Origin: Escherichia coli | GTDB taxonomy: Bacteria; Pseudomonadota; Gammaproteobacteria; Enterobacterales; Enterobacteriaceae | NCBI RefSeq assembly: GCF_036507355.1 | Contig: NZ_AP027877.1 | Length of the DNA: 64,000 nucleotides | Direction: 5' to 3' (one strand) | Part shown: positions 48,321 through 61,869 of the stretch, piece after piece | Position numbering within the stretch: the stretch's first letter is position 1 | Layout: each line of letters begins with the position of its first letter | Position numbers and translations under genes: made by a program | Notes under the pieces: model-generated | Databases searched by the model: none | Told to the model about the DNA's origin: nothing | The model's input: only the letters and a program-made list of their open reading frames with translations

Positions 48321-49061
48321 ATGGCAGGTCATAGTAAATGGGCCAACACCAGACATCGTAAAGCTGCGCAGGATGCTAAGCGCGGTAAAATCTTCACTAA
48401 AATCATTCGTGAGCTGGTAACCGCGGCTAAGCTGGGCGGTGGCGATCCGGACGCTAACCCGCGTCTGCGTGCAGCAATTGATAAAGCACTGTCTAACAAC
48501 ATGACCCGCGACACACTGAACCGCGCAATTGCACGTGGTGTGGGCGGTGATGATGATGCAAACATGGAAACCATCATCTACGAAGGTTACGGTCCTGGCG
48601 GCACGGCAATCATGATTGAATGTCTGTCTGACAACCGCAACCGTACCGTTGCTGAAGTGCGTCATGCATTCAGCAAATGTGGCGGTAACCTCGGTACTGA
48701 TGGTTCCGTAGCTTATCTGTTCAGCAAAAAAGGCGTCATCTCCTTCGAGAAAGGCGATGAAGACACCATCATGGAAGCAGCACTGGAAGCAGGTGCTGAA
48801 GACGTTGTGACCTATGATGACGGCGCGATTGATGTCTACACTGCATGGGAAGAAATGGGTAAAGTGCGCGACGCTCTGGAAGCGGCAGGTCTGAAAGCAG
48901 ACAGCGCGGAAGTTTCCATGATCCCGTCTACCAAAGCTGATATGGATGCAGAAACCGCACCGAAACTGATGCGTCTGATCGATATGCTGGAAGATTGCGA
49001 CGACGTGCAGGAAGTTTACCATAACGGTGAAATCTCTGATGAGGTCGCAGCGACTCTCTGA
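48321..49061 (+). CDS. yebC: YebC/PmpR-family transcriptional regulator
   Basis: 246 aa; starts [23 protein letters not shown]. Confidence 0.9.
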
Positions 49062-49095
49062 TGAGGCCTGCTAAACAGCAAAACGGAGACGCGTG

Positions 49096-49617
49096 ATGGC
49101 TATTATTCTCGGCATTGATCCGGGTTCGCGCGTGACCGGCTACGGTGTCATCCGCCAGGTAGGTAGGCAACTGTCCTACCTGGGTAGCGGATGCATACGC
49201 ACCAAAGTGGATGATTTACCGTCTCGTCTGAAACTCATCTATGCGGGCGTGACGGAAATCATCACCCAGTTCCAGCCTGATTATTTCGCCATTGAACAAG
49301 TCTTTATGGCAAAGAACGCTGACTCAGCCCTGAAACTGGGCCAGGCGCGCGGCGTGGCGATTGTGGCGGCGGTGAATCAGGAGTTGCCGGTATTTGAATA
49401 CGCGGCACGTCAGGTAAAGCAAACGGTGGTAGGTATTGGTAGTGCCGAAAAAAGCCAGGTGCAGCATATGGTCCGCACCTTGCTGAAACTGCCCGCTAAT
49501 CCACAGGCGGATGCCGCCGATGCGCTGGCGATTGCCATCACCCACTGCCACGTTAGTCAGAATGCGATGCAGATGAGCGAATCGCGGCTGAACCTGGCGA
49601 GAGGGCGACTGCGTTAA
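49096..49617 (+). CDS. ruvC: Holliday junction resolvase RuvC
   Basis: Start at [17 protein letters not shown]. Confidence 0.9.
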
Positions 49618-49618
49618 G

Positions 49619-50221
49619 TTATACCGCCTCGGTCAGTTCCGGCTGAGGCGTTTCCACTCCCTCCGCATGAATCAACACCAAACCCGGATGATGCCACAAA
49701 CTGGCTGGCGTGACGGTTTTACGCTCCCACGGAATAGAACCCAGGAACCAGAATTTCCAGAAAGTGAGTTTTGCATTCGGATTTCTATTTAACAATTCTC
49801 CAAACGTCTCTATTTCACCCACCGGAATACATAGCGCTTCTTTATAAATATCAAAAACAAATTTTGAACAGAACTGGCGCGAAGATTCGTATTTAAAACC
49901 GGTGTGGTAAAGTTTGCGTAGCCGGGAGGGAACCTGTTCAACAATTCGTTGTTTTTGTTGTTCTGTCAGCCCAGCGTCTAATCGCTTTATAGCATAGCGT
50001 TGATTAGACGAACGTTTAATAAAACGAGATAGCGTGGTGATGGTTGAAAGGGGAACCCGGCTTTCTGCAACCAGGAAGTCTTCACCGTTATGACCGATAA
50101 TGATCCCGACGTGATTACTCCAGCAATTTGATGCAGCTGATATTTGACCAAATAAGGCAGCACCTATACATGTAAAGACGATATCTCCAATTTCATATTC
50201 AGCAGGGTAATTAATATTCAC
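49619..50221 (-). CDS. yebB: DUF830-family protein YebB
   Basis: Probable GTG start giving ~200 aa ([11 protein letters not shown]...); the track ORF extends further upstream. Confidence 0.7.
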   Translation of the reverse strand: MNINYPAEYEIGDIVFTCIGAALFGQISAASNCWSNHVGIIIGHNGEDFLVAESRVPLSTITTLSRFIKRSSNQRYAIKRLDAGLTEQQKQRIVEQVPSRLRKLYHTGFKYESSRQFCSKFVFDIYKEALCIPVGEIETFGELLNRNPNAKLTFWKFWFLGSIPWERKTVTPASLWHHPGLVLIHAEGVETPQPELTEAV

Positions 50222-50495
50222 GTTGTCATTCCATGGAAATAGATACGAATATACGTAATAGCATAAAAAATTTATTTTTTCAGGAGGCGCAATGTATATT
50301 TTTATTACGCATTTCTTCACTGAATATGTAATATTAAAATATTTGCTTCCAATATAACCTGTAGAATAAATTATACTGTGCCATTTTTCAGTTCATCGAG
50401 ACACCTCGCAAGTTTTCTTCATCCTTCGCTGGATATCTATCCAGCATTTTTTTATCATACAGCATTATCTTTGATTCATTACGCAGGAGCGTCAT

Positions 50496-51107
50496 GTGAT
50501 AGGCAGACTCAGAGGCATCATCATTGAAAAACAACCCCCGCTGGTGTTAATTGAAGTGGGCGGCGTAGGCTATGAAGTGCATATGCCGATGACCTGTTTT
50601 TATGAACTCCCTGAAGCGGGTCAGGAAGCGATCGTTTTCACCCACTTTGTGGTGCGTGAAGACGCGCAACTGCTGTACGGTTTTAACAATAAACAAGAGC
50701 GCACGTTGTTCAAAGAGTTGATCAAAACCAACGGCGTCGGCCCGAAGTTGGCGCTGGCGATCCTCTCCGGAATGTCAGCGCAGCAGTTCGTTAATGCCGT
50801 TGAGCGTGAAGAAGTGGGGGCACTGGTGAAACTGCCGGGTATTGGCAAAAAAACCGCCGAACGCTTGATTGTTGAAATGAAAGACCGATTTAAAGGTTTG
50901 CATGGCGATCTCTTTACGCCAGCCGCCGACCTGGTACTCACGTCTCCTGCCAGCCCGGCGACCGACGATGCTGAACAAGAAGCGGTTGCCGCGCTGGTGG
51001 CGCTGGGCTATAAACCACAAGAAGCAAGCCGCATGGTGAGCAAAATCGCTCGCCCTGACGCCAGCAGTGAAACATTAATTCGCGAAGCCCTACGCGCCGC
51101 GTTATGA
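50496..51107 (+). CDS. ruvA: Holliday junction branch migration complex subunit RuvA
   Basis: 203 aa; GTG start ([15 protein letters not shown]). Confidence 0.9.
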   Translation: MIGRLRGIIIEKQPPLVLIEVGGVGYEVHMPMTCFYELPEAGQEAIVFTHFVVREDAQLLYGFNNKQERTLFKELIKTNGVGPKLALAILSGMSAQQFVNAVEREEVGALVKLPGIGKKTAERLIVEMKDRFKGLHGDLFTPAADLVLTSPASPATDDAEQEAVAALVALGYKPQEASRMVSKIARPDASSETLIREALRAAL

Positions 51108-51112
51108 GGTAA

Positions 51113-52126
<1,014 letters not shown>

Positions 52127-52127
52127 G

Positions 52128-52265
52128 TCGGATTGGTCGCTCGCGCCGCATCTGACATTGGCAGTGTGCCTGATGCGACGCTATTCGCGTCTTATCAGGC
52201 ATATACCAGAGATAGCGAACCGTAGGTCGGATAAGGCGCTCGCGCCGCATCCGACAAATGTGTTC
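52128..52265. repeat. REP/BIME repetitive extragenic palindromes between ruvB and znuB
   Basis: gcctgatgcgacgct...gcgtcttatcaggc and taggtcggataaggcgctcgcgccgcatccgaca. Confidence 0.6.
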
Positions 52266-52274
52266 AGCGACAGA

Positions 52275-53060
52275 TTAGCTGGCCTGCTTTTTCATCATAC
52301 TGATAATAAATAACAGTGCCGCACATAGCACCACCGACGGACCCGCCGGCGTATCGTAAAACGCGGAAAAGGTTAAACCGCCAGTTACTGCCACCATCCC
52401 CACCAAAACAGCGACACCAGCCATCTGTTCCGGCGTACGGGCAAAGCGACGCGCAGTAGCTGCAGGAATAATCAGCAACGAAGTAATAATCAACGCACCG
52501 ACAAATTTCATCGCTACACCAATCGTCAATGCCGTCACCAGCATCAACAACAATTTCACTCGCTGTAATTTCACACCATCAACAAACGCCAGATCCGGGC
52601 TAATCGTCATCGACAGCAAATTGCGCCATTGCCAGAACAAAATAGCCACCACGATGACCACGCCAATCGCAATAGAGATGAGATCTTCTGGCGTCACTGC
52701 CAGCAAATCACCGAACAGGTAAGCCATCAAATCAACACGAATGTTAGACATCAGACTAACGACCACCAGGCCCAGCGACAGGGCACTGTGCGCCATAATT
52801 CCTAATAATGTGTCGATCGCCAGCTGTGGACGTTTCTCCAGCCATACCAGACCGCCCGCCAGCAGCAGCGTAACGGCAATTACCGCATAGAATGGATTCA
52901 CGTCCAGCAACAAACCAAACGCGACGCCAAGTAATGAGGCATGAGCCAGCGTATCACCGAAATAAGACATACGACGCCAGACTACAAACGAACCCAGCGG
53001 ACCCGCGGCACAGGCGAGCATGATCCCGGCTAACCAACCGGGAAATAATAATTCAATCAT
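52275..53060 (-). CDS. znuB: Zinc ABC transporter permease
   Basis: 261 aa membrane protein; synteny. Confidence 0.9.
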
Positions 53061-53812
53061 GAGCGATCATTTCCCCGACGCAAAACAATTCGTCCCTGTA
53101 AATCGTGACGATGATTATGATGATGGCGATAGATACCCAGTTGTTCAGCACCACGAGGACCAAACATTGAAATAAACTCCGGATGCAGGGAAACAACTTC
53201 CGGTGTGCCGGAACAACAAATGTGGTGATTCAGGCACAGCACTTCATCGGTTTTTGCCATCACCAGATGCAGATCGTGAGAAACCATTAAAACGCCACAA
53301 TCCAGTTCACGACGCAGTTGGTCAATAAGGTCATATAACGCCACCTGGCCATTTACATCCACGCCTTGAGTGGGTTCATCCAGCACTAATAATTGCGGGC
53401 GATTTAACAATGCTCGCGCTAACAGTACACGCTGCGTTTCGCCACCAGAGAGCTTTTGCATCGGTGCGTTAATCAGGTGCCCGGCCTGGACACGTTTCAG
53501 TGCAGGCAAAATATCTTCTTTATGTGTACCAGGGCGTAAGCGTAAAAAACGGTTTACGGTCAGTGGCAACGTGGTGTCGAGATACAGCTTCTGCGGTACA
53601 TAGCCGATGCGCAGTTTTCCGTTGCGCTTGATAACCCCTTCATCGGGTGTTACCAGCCCGAGCACTACCCGTACCAGTGTCGACTTACCTGCGCCATTTG
53701 GCCCAAGTAAAGTCAAAATTTTTCCAGGTTTAAGTTCCAGCGACACATCAGAGAGGACGCGGCGTTGGCCAAAAGAAACCGAGACATTTTCCAGGGAAAC
53801 CAGACTTGTCAT
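53057..53812 (-). CDS. znuC: Zinc ABC transporter ATP-binding protein
   Basis: Walker [10 protein letters not shown]; 251 aa. Confidence 0.9.
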
Positions 53813-53838
53813 GTTAATTTTAGTCTTGCAGTAGTCAT

Positions 53839-53858
53839 GAAATGTTATAATATCACAC
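53839..53858. promoter_or_regulatory. Zur box in the divergent znuCB / znuA promoter region
   Basis: Palindromic gaaatgttataatatcacac between znuC and znuA. Confidence 0.5.
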
Positions 53859-53890
53859 TTCTCATATTCATTACGATGATTGGTCGCATT

Positions 53891-54823
53891 ATGTTACATA
53901 AAAAAACGCTTCTTTTCGCAGCATTATCCGCCGCTCTCTGGGAAGGTGCAACACAGGCCGCAGATGCCGCCGTTGTCGCTTCGCTTAAACCCGTTGGGTT
54001 CATCGCTTCTGCCATTGCTGATGGGGTAACAGAAACGGAGGTTTTACTTCCTGACGGCGCTTCAGAACATGATTATTCACTGCGTCCATCGGATGTAAAA
54101 CGCTTACAGAACGCGGACTTAGTCGTTTGGGTTGGCCCGGAGATGGAAGCGTTTATGCAAAAACCGGTAAGCAAATTACCAGAAGCGAAACAGGTAACGA
54201 TTGCGCAGCTAGAAGATGTGAAACCGCTACTAATGAAAAGTATTCACGGCGATGATGATGATCACGACCACGCGGAAAAAAGTGACGAAGATCACCATCA
54301 CGGCGATTTCAACATGCATCTTTGGCTTTCCCCAGAGATAGCGCGGGCTACAGCGGTTGCAATCCATGGAAAATTAGTGGAACTTATGCCGCAAAGTCGA
54401 GCCAAACTTGACGCCAACCTGAAGGATTTTGAGGCACAATTAGCCTCAACCGAAACGCAGGTTGGTAACGAGCTCGCGCCGTTCAAGGGGAAAGGTTATT
54501 TCGTTTTTCACGATGCTTACGGCTATTTCGAAAAACAGTTCGGACTGACACCGCTTGGTCATTTTACCGTTAACCCTGAGATTCAACCTGGCGCGCAGCG
54601 TTTACATGAAATAAGAACACAGTTGGTTGAGCAAAAAGCAACCTGCGTTTTTGCTGAGCCACAGTTCAGGCCAGCGGTCGTTGAGAGCGTCGCACGAGGG
54701 ACATCCGTTCGTATGGGAACGTTGGATCCCCTGGGGACGAATATCAAACTGGGTAAAACAAGCTATTCAGAATTCCTGAGTCAATTAGCCAACCAGTATG
54801 CGAGCTGCCTGAAAGGAGATTAA
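53891..54823 (+). CDS. znuA: Zinc ABC transporter periplasmic binding protein
   Basis: Start at [16 protein letters not shown]; His-rich loop [19 protein letters not shown]. Confidence 0.9.
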
Positions 54824-54838
54824 TGAGGAAGTGATTAC

Positions 54839-56161
54839 GTGCAACAGATAGCCCGCTCTGTCGCCCTGGCGTTTAATAATTTACCGCGACCACACCGCGT
54901 TATGTTGGGGTCGCTCACCGTTCTTACTCTGGCCGTCGCTGTCTGGCGGCCCTATGTTTATCACCGCGATGCCACGCCAATTGTCAAAACCATTGAGCTG
55001 GAACAGAACGAAATTCGTTCGCTCTTACCTGAAGCCAGTGAGCCGATTGATCAAGCTGCACAAGAAGATGAAGCCATTCCCCAGGACGAACTGGATGACA
55101 AAATCGCCGGTGAAGCGGGCGTGCATGAATATGTTGTTTCCACTGGCGATACGCTAAGCAGCATTCTCAATCAGTATGGTATTGATATGGGTGATATCAC
55201 CCAACTGGCTGCGGCCGACAAAGAATTGCGTAACCTGAAAATCGGTCAACAACTCTCCTGGACATTAACCGCGGACGGCGAACTGCAGCGCCTCACCTGG
55301 GAAGTGTCTCGTCGTGAAACCCGAACCTATGACCGTACTGCCGCTAACGGTTTTAAAATGACCAGCGAAATGCAGCAAGGAGAGTGGGTTAACAATCTGC
55401 TGAAAGGTACCGTCGGGGGGAGCTTTGTTGCCAGCGCCAGAAACGCCGGTTTAACCAGCGCCGAAGTGAGCGCAGTGATTAAAGCCATGCAGTGGCAAAT
55501 GGATTTCCGCAAACTGAAAAAAGGCGATGAATTTGCGGTATTAATGTCTCGAGAAATGCTTGATGGTAAACGTGAGCAAAGCCAGCTGCTGGGCGTACGT
55601 TTGCGTTCAGAAGGTAAAGATTATTACGCTATCCGCGCTGAAGATGGCAAATTCTACGATCGTAACGGTACTGGTCTGGCGAAAGGATTCTTGCGATTCC
55701 CGACGGCGAAACAGTTCCGTATCTCGTCTAACTTTAACCCGCGTCGTACTAATCCGGTGACCGGTCGCGTTGCACCACACAGAGGTGTTGATTTCGCCAT
55801 GCCGCAGGGTACGCCAGTGCTTTCAGTGGGTGACGGTGAAGTGGTGGTTGCCAAACGCAGTGGCGCAGCAGGTTATTATGTGGCTATTCGTCATGGTCGC
55901 AGCTACACCACGCGTTATATGCACTTGCGCAAGATTCTGGTGAAACCGGGACAGAAGGTGAAACGTGGCGACCGTATCGCGCTTTCCGGTAATACCGGAC
56001 GTTCAACCGGGCCGCATCTGCACTATGAAGTATGGATAAACCAGCAGGCCGTAAACCCGCTGACGGCAAAACTGCCGCGTACCGAAGGGCTGACCGGCTC
56101 CGATCGTCGCGAATTCCTGGCGCAGGCCAAAGAGATTGTGCCGCAGCTACGGTTTGATTAA
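54839..56161 (+). CDS. mepM: Murein DD-endopeptidase MepM (LysM + M23 peptidase)
   Basis: GTG start; 440 aa; M23 motifs HRGVDF and HLHYEV. Confidence 0.9.
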
Positions 56162-56176
56162 TTAACATCCATTCGC

Positions 56177-56208
56177 AGCCGGTACGCAGTCAGTACCGGC
56201 TTTTTTTA
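56177..56208 (+). terminator. Rho-independent terminator after mepM
   Basis: agccggtac gcagtca gtaccggct followed by a T-run. Confidence 0.7.
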
Positions 56209-56280
56209 TTTGGTGCGGGGCAAGTTGCGCCGCTACACTATCACCAGATTGATTTTTGCCTTATCCGAAACTGGAAAAGC

Positions 56281-57252
56281 ATGGAAACGAAAAAAAATAA
56301 TAGCGAATACATTCCTGAGTTTGATAAATCCTTTCGCCACCCGCGCTACTGGGGAGCATGGCTGGGCGTAGCAGCGATGGCGGGTATCGCTTTAACGCCG
56401 CCAAAGTTCCGTGATCCCATTCTGGCACGGCTGGGACGTTTTGCCGGACGACTGGGAAAAAGCTCACGCCGTCGTGCGTTAATCAATCTGTCGCTCTGCT
56501 TTCCAGAACGTAGTGAAGCTGAACGCGAAGCGATTGTTGATGAGATGTTTGCCACCGCGCCGCAAGCGATGGCAATGATGGCTGAGTTGGCAATACGCGG
56601 GCCGGAGAAAATTCAGCCGCGCGTTGACTGGCAAGGGCTGGAGATCATCGAAGAGATGCGGCGTAATAACGAGAAAGTTATCTTTCTGGTGCCGCACGGT
56701 TGGGCCGTCGATATTCCTGCCATGCTGATGGCCTCGCAAGGGCAGAAAATGGCAGCGATGTTCCATAATCAGGGCAACCCGGTTTTTGATTATGTCTGGA
56801 ACACGGTGCGTCGTCGCTTTGGCGGTCGTCTGCATGCGAGAAATGACGGTATTAAACCATTCATCCAGTCGGTACGTCAGGGGTACTGGGGATATTATTT
56901 ACCCGATCAGGATCATGGCCCAGAGCACAGCGAATTTGTGGATTTCTTTGCCACCTATAAAGCGACGTTGCCCGCGATTGGTCGTTTGATGAAAGTGTGC
57001 CGTGCGCGCGTTGTACCGCTGTTTCCGATTTATGATGGCAAGACGCATCGTCTGACGATTCAGGTGCGCCCACCGATGGATGATCTGTTAGAGGCGGATG
57101 ATCATACGATTGCGCGGCGGATGAATGAAGAAGTCGAGATTTTTGTTGGTCCGCGACCAGAACAATACACCTGGATACTAAAATTACTGAAAACTCGCAA
57201 ACCGGGCGAAATCCAGCCGTATAAGCGCAAAGATCTTTATCCCATCAAATAA
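56281..57252 (+). CDS. lpxM: Lipid A myristoyltransferase
   Basis: 323 aa; starts [25 protein letters not shown]. Confidence 0.9.
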
Positions 57253-57342
57253 AAAAGCCTCTCGCGAGGAGAGGCCTTCGCCTGATGATAAGTTCAAGTT
57301 TGCTTCAGAATATTCGAAATCTGTTGAACTATCATTGAACTG

Positions 57343-57378
57343 TAGGCCGGATGTGGCGTTTTCGCCGCATCCGGCAAC
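57343..57378. repeat. REP element between lpxM and pykA
   Basis: tgtaggccggatgtggcg...cgccgcatccggca. Confidence 0.5.
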
Positions 57379-57382
57379 GTAC

Positions 57383-58825
57383 TTACTCTACCGTTAAAAT
57401 ACGCGTGGTATTAGTAGAACCCACGGTACTCATCACGTCGCCCTGGGTGACAATCACCAGGTCACCAGACATCAAGTAACCTTTATCGCGCAGCAGATTA
57501 ACCGCTTCGCTGGCAGCTGCTACGCCGTCATTAGCGCTATCAAAGTGCACCGGCGTAACGCCACGATAGAGAGCAGTCAGGTTCAGCGTACGTTCATGGC
57601 GCGACATGGCGAAAATTGGTAGACCAGAGCTGATACGGGAGGTCATCAGCGCGGTACGACCCGATTCGGTCATGGTAATGATCGCCGTAACGCCTTTCAG
57701 GTGGTTAGCTGCGTACATTGCTGACATGGCAATAGCTTCTTCCACATTGTCGAACTGAACGTCCAGACGGTGTTTAGAAACGTTGATGCTCGGGATTTTT
57801 TCCGCACCCAGGCAAACGCGCGCCATGGCTGCAACAGTTTCTGACGGATACTGCCCAGCGGCAGTTTCTGCAGACAGCATCACAGCGTCAGTACCATCCA
57901 GAACGGCGTTTGCTACGTCCATGACTTCTGCACGCGTCGGCATCGGGTTAGTAATCATTGACTCCATCATCTGGGTCGCCGTGATTACCGCTCGGTTTAG
58001 CTGACGCGCACGACGGATCAACGCTTTCTGAATGCCGACCAGTTCCGGGTCGCCAATTTCCACACCGAGGTCGCCACGTGCAACCATTACCACGTCAGAG
58101 GCGAGGATGATGTCATCCATTGCATCCTGGCTGCAAACGGCTTCCGCACGTTCAACCTTGGCAACAATTTTCGCATCACATCCTGCATCGCGTGCCAGGC
58201 GACGGGCATAGTTCAGATCTTCGCCACAGCGTGGGAAGGAGACAGCCAGGTAATCTACGCCAATCAACGCCGCAGTCTTAATGTCTGCTTTGTCTTTTTC
58301 GGTCAGCGCTTCAGCCGACAAACCGCCGCCAAGTTTGTTGATACCTTTATTGTTGGAGAGGGGACCACCGACGGTGACTTCGGTGAACACTTTCATGCCC
58401 TGAACTTCCAGTACTTTTAACTGGACGCGACCATCGTCCAGCAGCAGGATGTCACCAGGCACGACGTCAGCAGGCAGGCCTTTGTAGTCGATACCGACTT
58501 TTTCTTTGTCGCCTTCACCTTTACCCAGGTTGGCGTCGAGCAGGAATTTATCCCCAATATTGAGGAAAACTTTGCCTTCTTTAAAGGTGGATACACGGAT
58601 TTTGGGCCCCTGGAGGTCACCCAGAATAGCCACATGACGCCCCAGTTTTGCGGCAATCTCACGAACTTTATCCGCGCGCATTTTGTGATCTTCAGGCGAG
58701 CCGTGAGAAAAGTTCATACGTACAACGTTGGCACCCGCCGCGATAACTTTTTCAAGATTATTATCGCGATCTGTTGCTGGGCCTAACGTGGTAACGATTT
58801 TTGTTCTGCGAAGCCTTCTGGACAT
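57383..58825 (-). CDS. pykA: Pyruvate kinase II
   Basis: Start at [16 protein letters not shown] (480 aa); the track ORF extends upstream. Confidence 0.9.
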
Positions 58826-58952
58826 GTAATACTCCGTTGACTGAAACAACCAGGTGTTGCTTGAACATGAAATCCGAATGAAATAACGCCACGATGGCGA
58901 TAAATTAATCTCATTCGGATGTCGTATAAGATTAGAACAGTGACAGTCGCTT

Positions 58953-59822
58953 TTAGCGATCGTCACTTAAATTAAGTAACTGCTTATCAAAACGCGATTC
59001 CTTCAGCGCTTCCTTGACCCGCTTCAAGTTATCTCTGAATTTTGCACCGCGTCGCAAAGTAAATCCTGTCGCCAGCACATCTATCACGGTCAGCTGTGCA
59101 AGTCGAGAAACCATGGGCATATAAATGTCAGTATCTTCCGGTACGTCGAGGGTAATTGCCAGCGTTGCTTCCCGAGCGAGCGGGGTACCCGCAGAGGTGA
59201 GGGCAATCACCATAGCGTCGTTTTCGCGTGCCAGCTGCGCCAGCTCGACCAGATTTTTTGTTCTTCCGGTGTGAGAAATCAGCACCACCACGTCTCCGTC
59301 GCTACAATTCATACAACTCATGCGTTGCAGCACAATATCATCGGAGTACACCACCGGAACATTAAAACGAAAGAACTTATTCATCGCATCGTGGGCAACG
59401 GCGGCTGAAGAGCCTAATCCGAAAAAGGCGATTTTTTTTGCCTGAGTGAGCAAGTCGACGGCGCGGTTGATGGCAGATTTATCCAGTGAATGGCGGACAT
59501 GATCGAGCGTTGCCATTGCGGACTCAAATATTTTCCCCGTGTATGATTCAACGCTGTCATCTTCATTGACGTTGCGATTAACATAGGGAGTGCCATTCGC
59601 CAGACTTTGTGCCAGATGAAGTTTAAAATCAGGAAAACCGCGCGTGTCCATGCTGCGACAGAAACGATTCACCGTCGGTTCGCTAACATTGGCTTCCAGC
59701 GCCAGAGCAGCAATACTCGAATGGATCGCGTTATCGGGCGAAGCCAGAATGACCTCGGCAACTTTGCGCTCCGATTTGCTCAAATGTTCCAGCTGAGACT
59801 GGATTTTTTCCAGCATATTCAT
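58953..59822 (-). CDS. hexR: RpiR-family transcriptional regulator HexR
   Basis: 289 aa; N-terminal HTH plus SIS domain; divergent from zwf. Confidence 0.85.
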
Positions 59823-60159
59823 GATGTAAAGAGACTCACGGGTAATGACGATTTCCGCACTGAAAGAAATCGAAATGCAGTTTTGTCAGATATTACGCCT
59901 GTGTGCTGTGTTAATGACAAAAGCAGATAAAAAAGTTGTTATTTTTTTTCATAACATGATCAGTGTCAGATTTTTACCCAATGGAAAACGATGATTTTTT
60001 TATCAGTTTTGCCGCACTTTACGCGCTTTTACCGTAATCGCACGGGTGGATAAGCGTTTACAGTTTTCGCAAGCTCGTAAAAGCAGTACAGTGCACCGTA
60101 AGAAAATTACAAGTATACCCTGGCTTAAGTACCGGGTTAGTTAACTTAAGGAGAATGAC

Positions 60160-61635
60160 ATGGCGGTAACGCAAACAGCCCAGGCCTGTGACCTGGTCAT
60201 TTTCGGCGCGAAAGGCGACCTTGCGCGTCGTAAATTGCTGCCTTCCCTGTATCAACTGGAAAAAGCCGGTCAGCTCAACCCGGACACCCGGATTATCGGC
60301 GTAGGGCGTGCTGACTGGGATAAAGCGGCATATACCAAAGTTGTCCGCGAGGCGCTCGAAACTTTCATGAAAGAAACCATTGATGAAGGTTTATGGGACA
60401 CCCTGAGTGCACGTCTGGATTTTTGTAATCTCGATGTCAATGACACTGCTGCATTCAGCCGTCTCGGCGCGATGCTGGATCAAAAAAATCGTATCACCAT
60501 TAACTACTTTGCCATGCCGCCCAGCACTTTTGGCGCAATTTGCAAAGGGCTTGGCGAGGCAAAACTGAATGCTAAACCGGCACGCGTAGTCATGGAGAAA
60601 CCGCTGGGGACGTCGCTGGCGACCTCGCAGGAAATCAACGATCAGGTTGGCGAATACTTCGAGGAGTGCCAGGTTTACCGTATCGACCACTATCTTGGTA
60701 AAGAAACGGTGCTGAACCTGTTGGCGCTGCGTTTTGCTAACTCCCTGTTTGTGAATAACTGGGACAATCGCACCATTGATCATGTTGAGATTACCGTGGC
60801 AGAAGAAGTGGGGATCGAAGGGCGCTGGGGCTATTTTGATAAAGCCGGTCAGATGCGCGACATGATCCAGAACCACCTGCTGCAAATTCTTTGCATGATT
60901 GCGATGTCTCCGCCGTCTGACCTGAGCGCAGACAGCATCCGCGATGAAAAAGTGAAAGTACTGAAGTCTCTGCGCCGCATCGACCGCTCCAACGTACGCG
61001 AAAAAACCGTACGCGGGCAATATACTGCGGGCTTCGCCCAGGGCAAAAAAGTGCCGGGATATCTGGAAGAAGAGGGCGCGAATAAGAGCAGCAATACAGA
61101 AACCTTCGTGGCGATCCGCGTCGACATTGATAACTGGCGCTGGGCCGGTGTGCCATTCTACCTGCGTACTGGTAAACGTCTGCCGACCAAATGTTCTGAA
61201 GTCGTGGTCTATTTCAAAACACCTGAACTGAATCTGTTTAAAGAGTCGTGGCAGGATCTGCCGCAGAATAAACTGACTATCCGTCTGCAACCTGATGAAG
61301 GCGTGGATATCCAGGTACTGAATAAAGTTCCTGGCCTTGACCACAAACATAACCTGCAAATCACCAAGCTGGATCTGAGCTATTCAGAAACCTTTAATCA
61401 GACGCATCTGGCGGATGCCTATGAACGTTTGCTGCTGGAAACCATGCGTGGTATTCAGGCACTGTTTGTACGTCGCGATGAAGTGGAAGAAGCCTGGAAA
61501 TGGGTAGACTCCATTACTGAGGCGTGGGCGATGGACAATGATGCGCCGAAACCGTATCAGGCCGGAACCTGGGGACCCGTTGCCTCGGTGGCGATGATTA
61601 CCCGTGATGGTCGTTCCTGGAATGAGTTTGAGTAA
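60160..61635 (+). CDS. zwf: Glucose-6-phosphate 1-dehydrogenase
   Basis: 491 aa; starts [28 protein letters not shown]; contains RIDHYLGKE. Confidence 0.95.
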   Translation: MAVTQTAQACDLVIFGAKGDLARRKLLPSLYQLEKAGQLNPDTRIIGVGRADWDKAAYTKVVREALETFMKETIDEGLWDTLSARLDFCNLDVNDTAAFSRLGAMLDQKNRITINYFAMPPSTFGAICKGLGEAKLNAKPARVVMEKPLGTSLATSQEINDQVGEYFEECQVYRIDHYLGKETVLNLLALRFANSLFVNNWDNRTIDHVEITVAEEVGIEGRWGYFDKAGQMRDMIQNHLLQILCMIAMSPPSDLSADSIRDEKVKVLKSLRRIDRSNVREKTVRGQYTAGFAQGKKVPGYLEEEGANKSSNTETFVAIRVDIDNWRWAGVPFYLRTGKRLPTKCSEVVVYFKTPELNLFKESWQDLPQNKLTIRLQPDEGVDIQVLNKVPGLDHKHNLQITKLDLSYSETFNQTHLADAYERLLLETMRGIQALFVRRDEVEEAWKWVDSITEAWAMDNDAPKPYQAGTWGPVASVAMITRDGRSWNEFE

Positions 61636-61714
61636 TATCTGCGCTTATCCTTTATGGTTATTTTACCGGTAACATGATCTTGCACAGATTGTAGAACAAT
61701 TTTTACACTTTCAG

Positions 61715-61748
61715 GCCTCGTGCGGATTCACCCACGAGGCTTTTTTTA
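61715..61748 (+). terminator. Rho-independent terminator after zwf
   Basis: gcctcgtgcggattcacccacgaggc followed by a T-run. Confidence 0.7.
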
Positions 61749-61869
61749 TTACACTGACTGAAACGTTTTTGCCCTATGAGCTCCGGTTACAGGCGTTTCA
61801 CTCATAAATCCTCTGAATGAAACGCGTTGTGAATCATCCTGCTCTGACAACTCAATTTCAGGAGCCTTT

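Noticed and set aside
48303-49022. 239-aa minus-strand ORF antisense to yebC
   Set aside because: Shadow ORF; yebC on the plus strand is clear.
60391-61359. 322-aa minus-strand ORF antisense to zwf
   Set aside because: Shadow ORF inside zwf.
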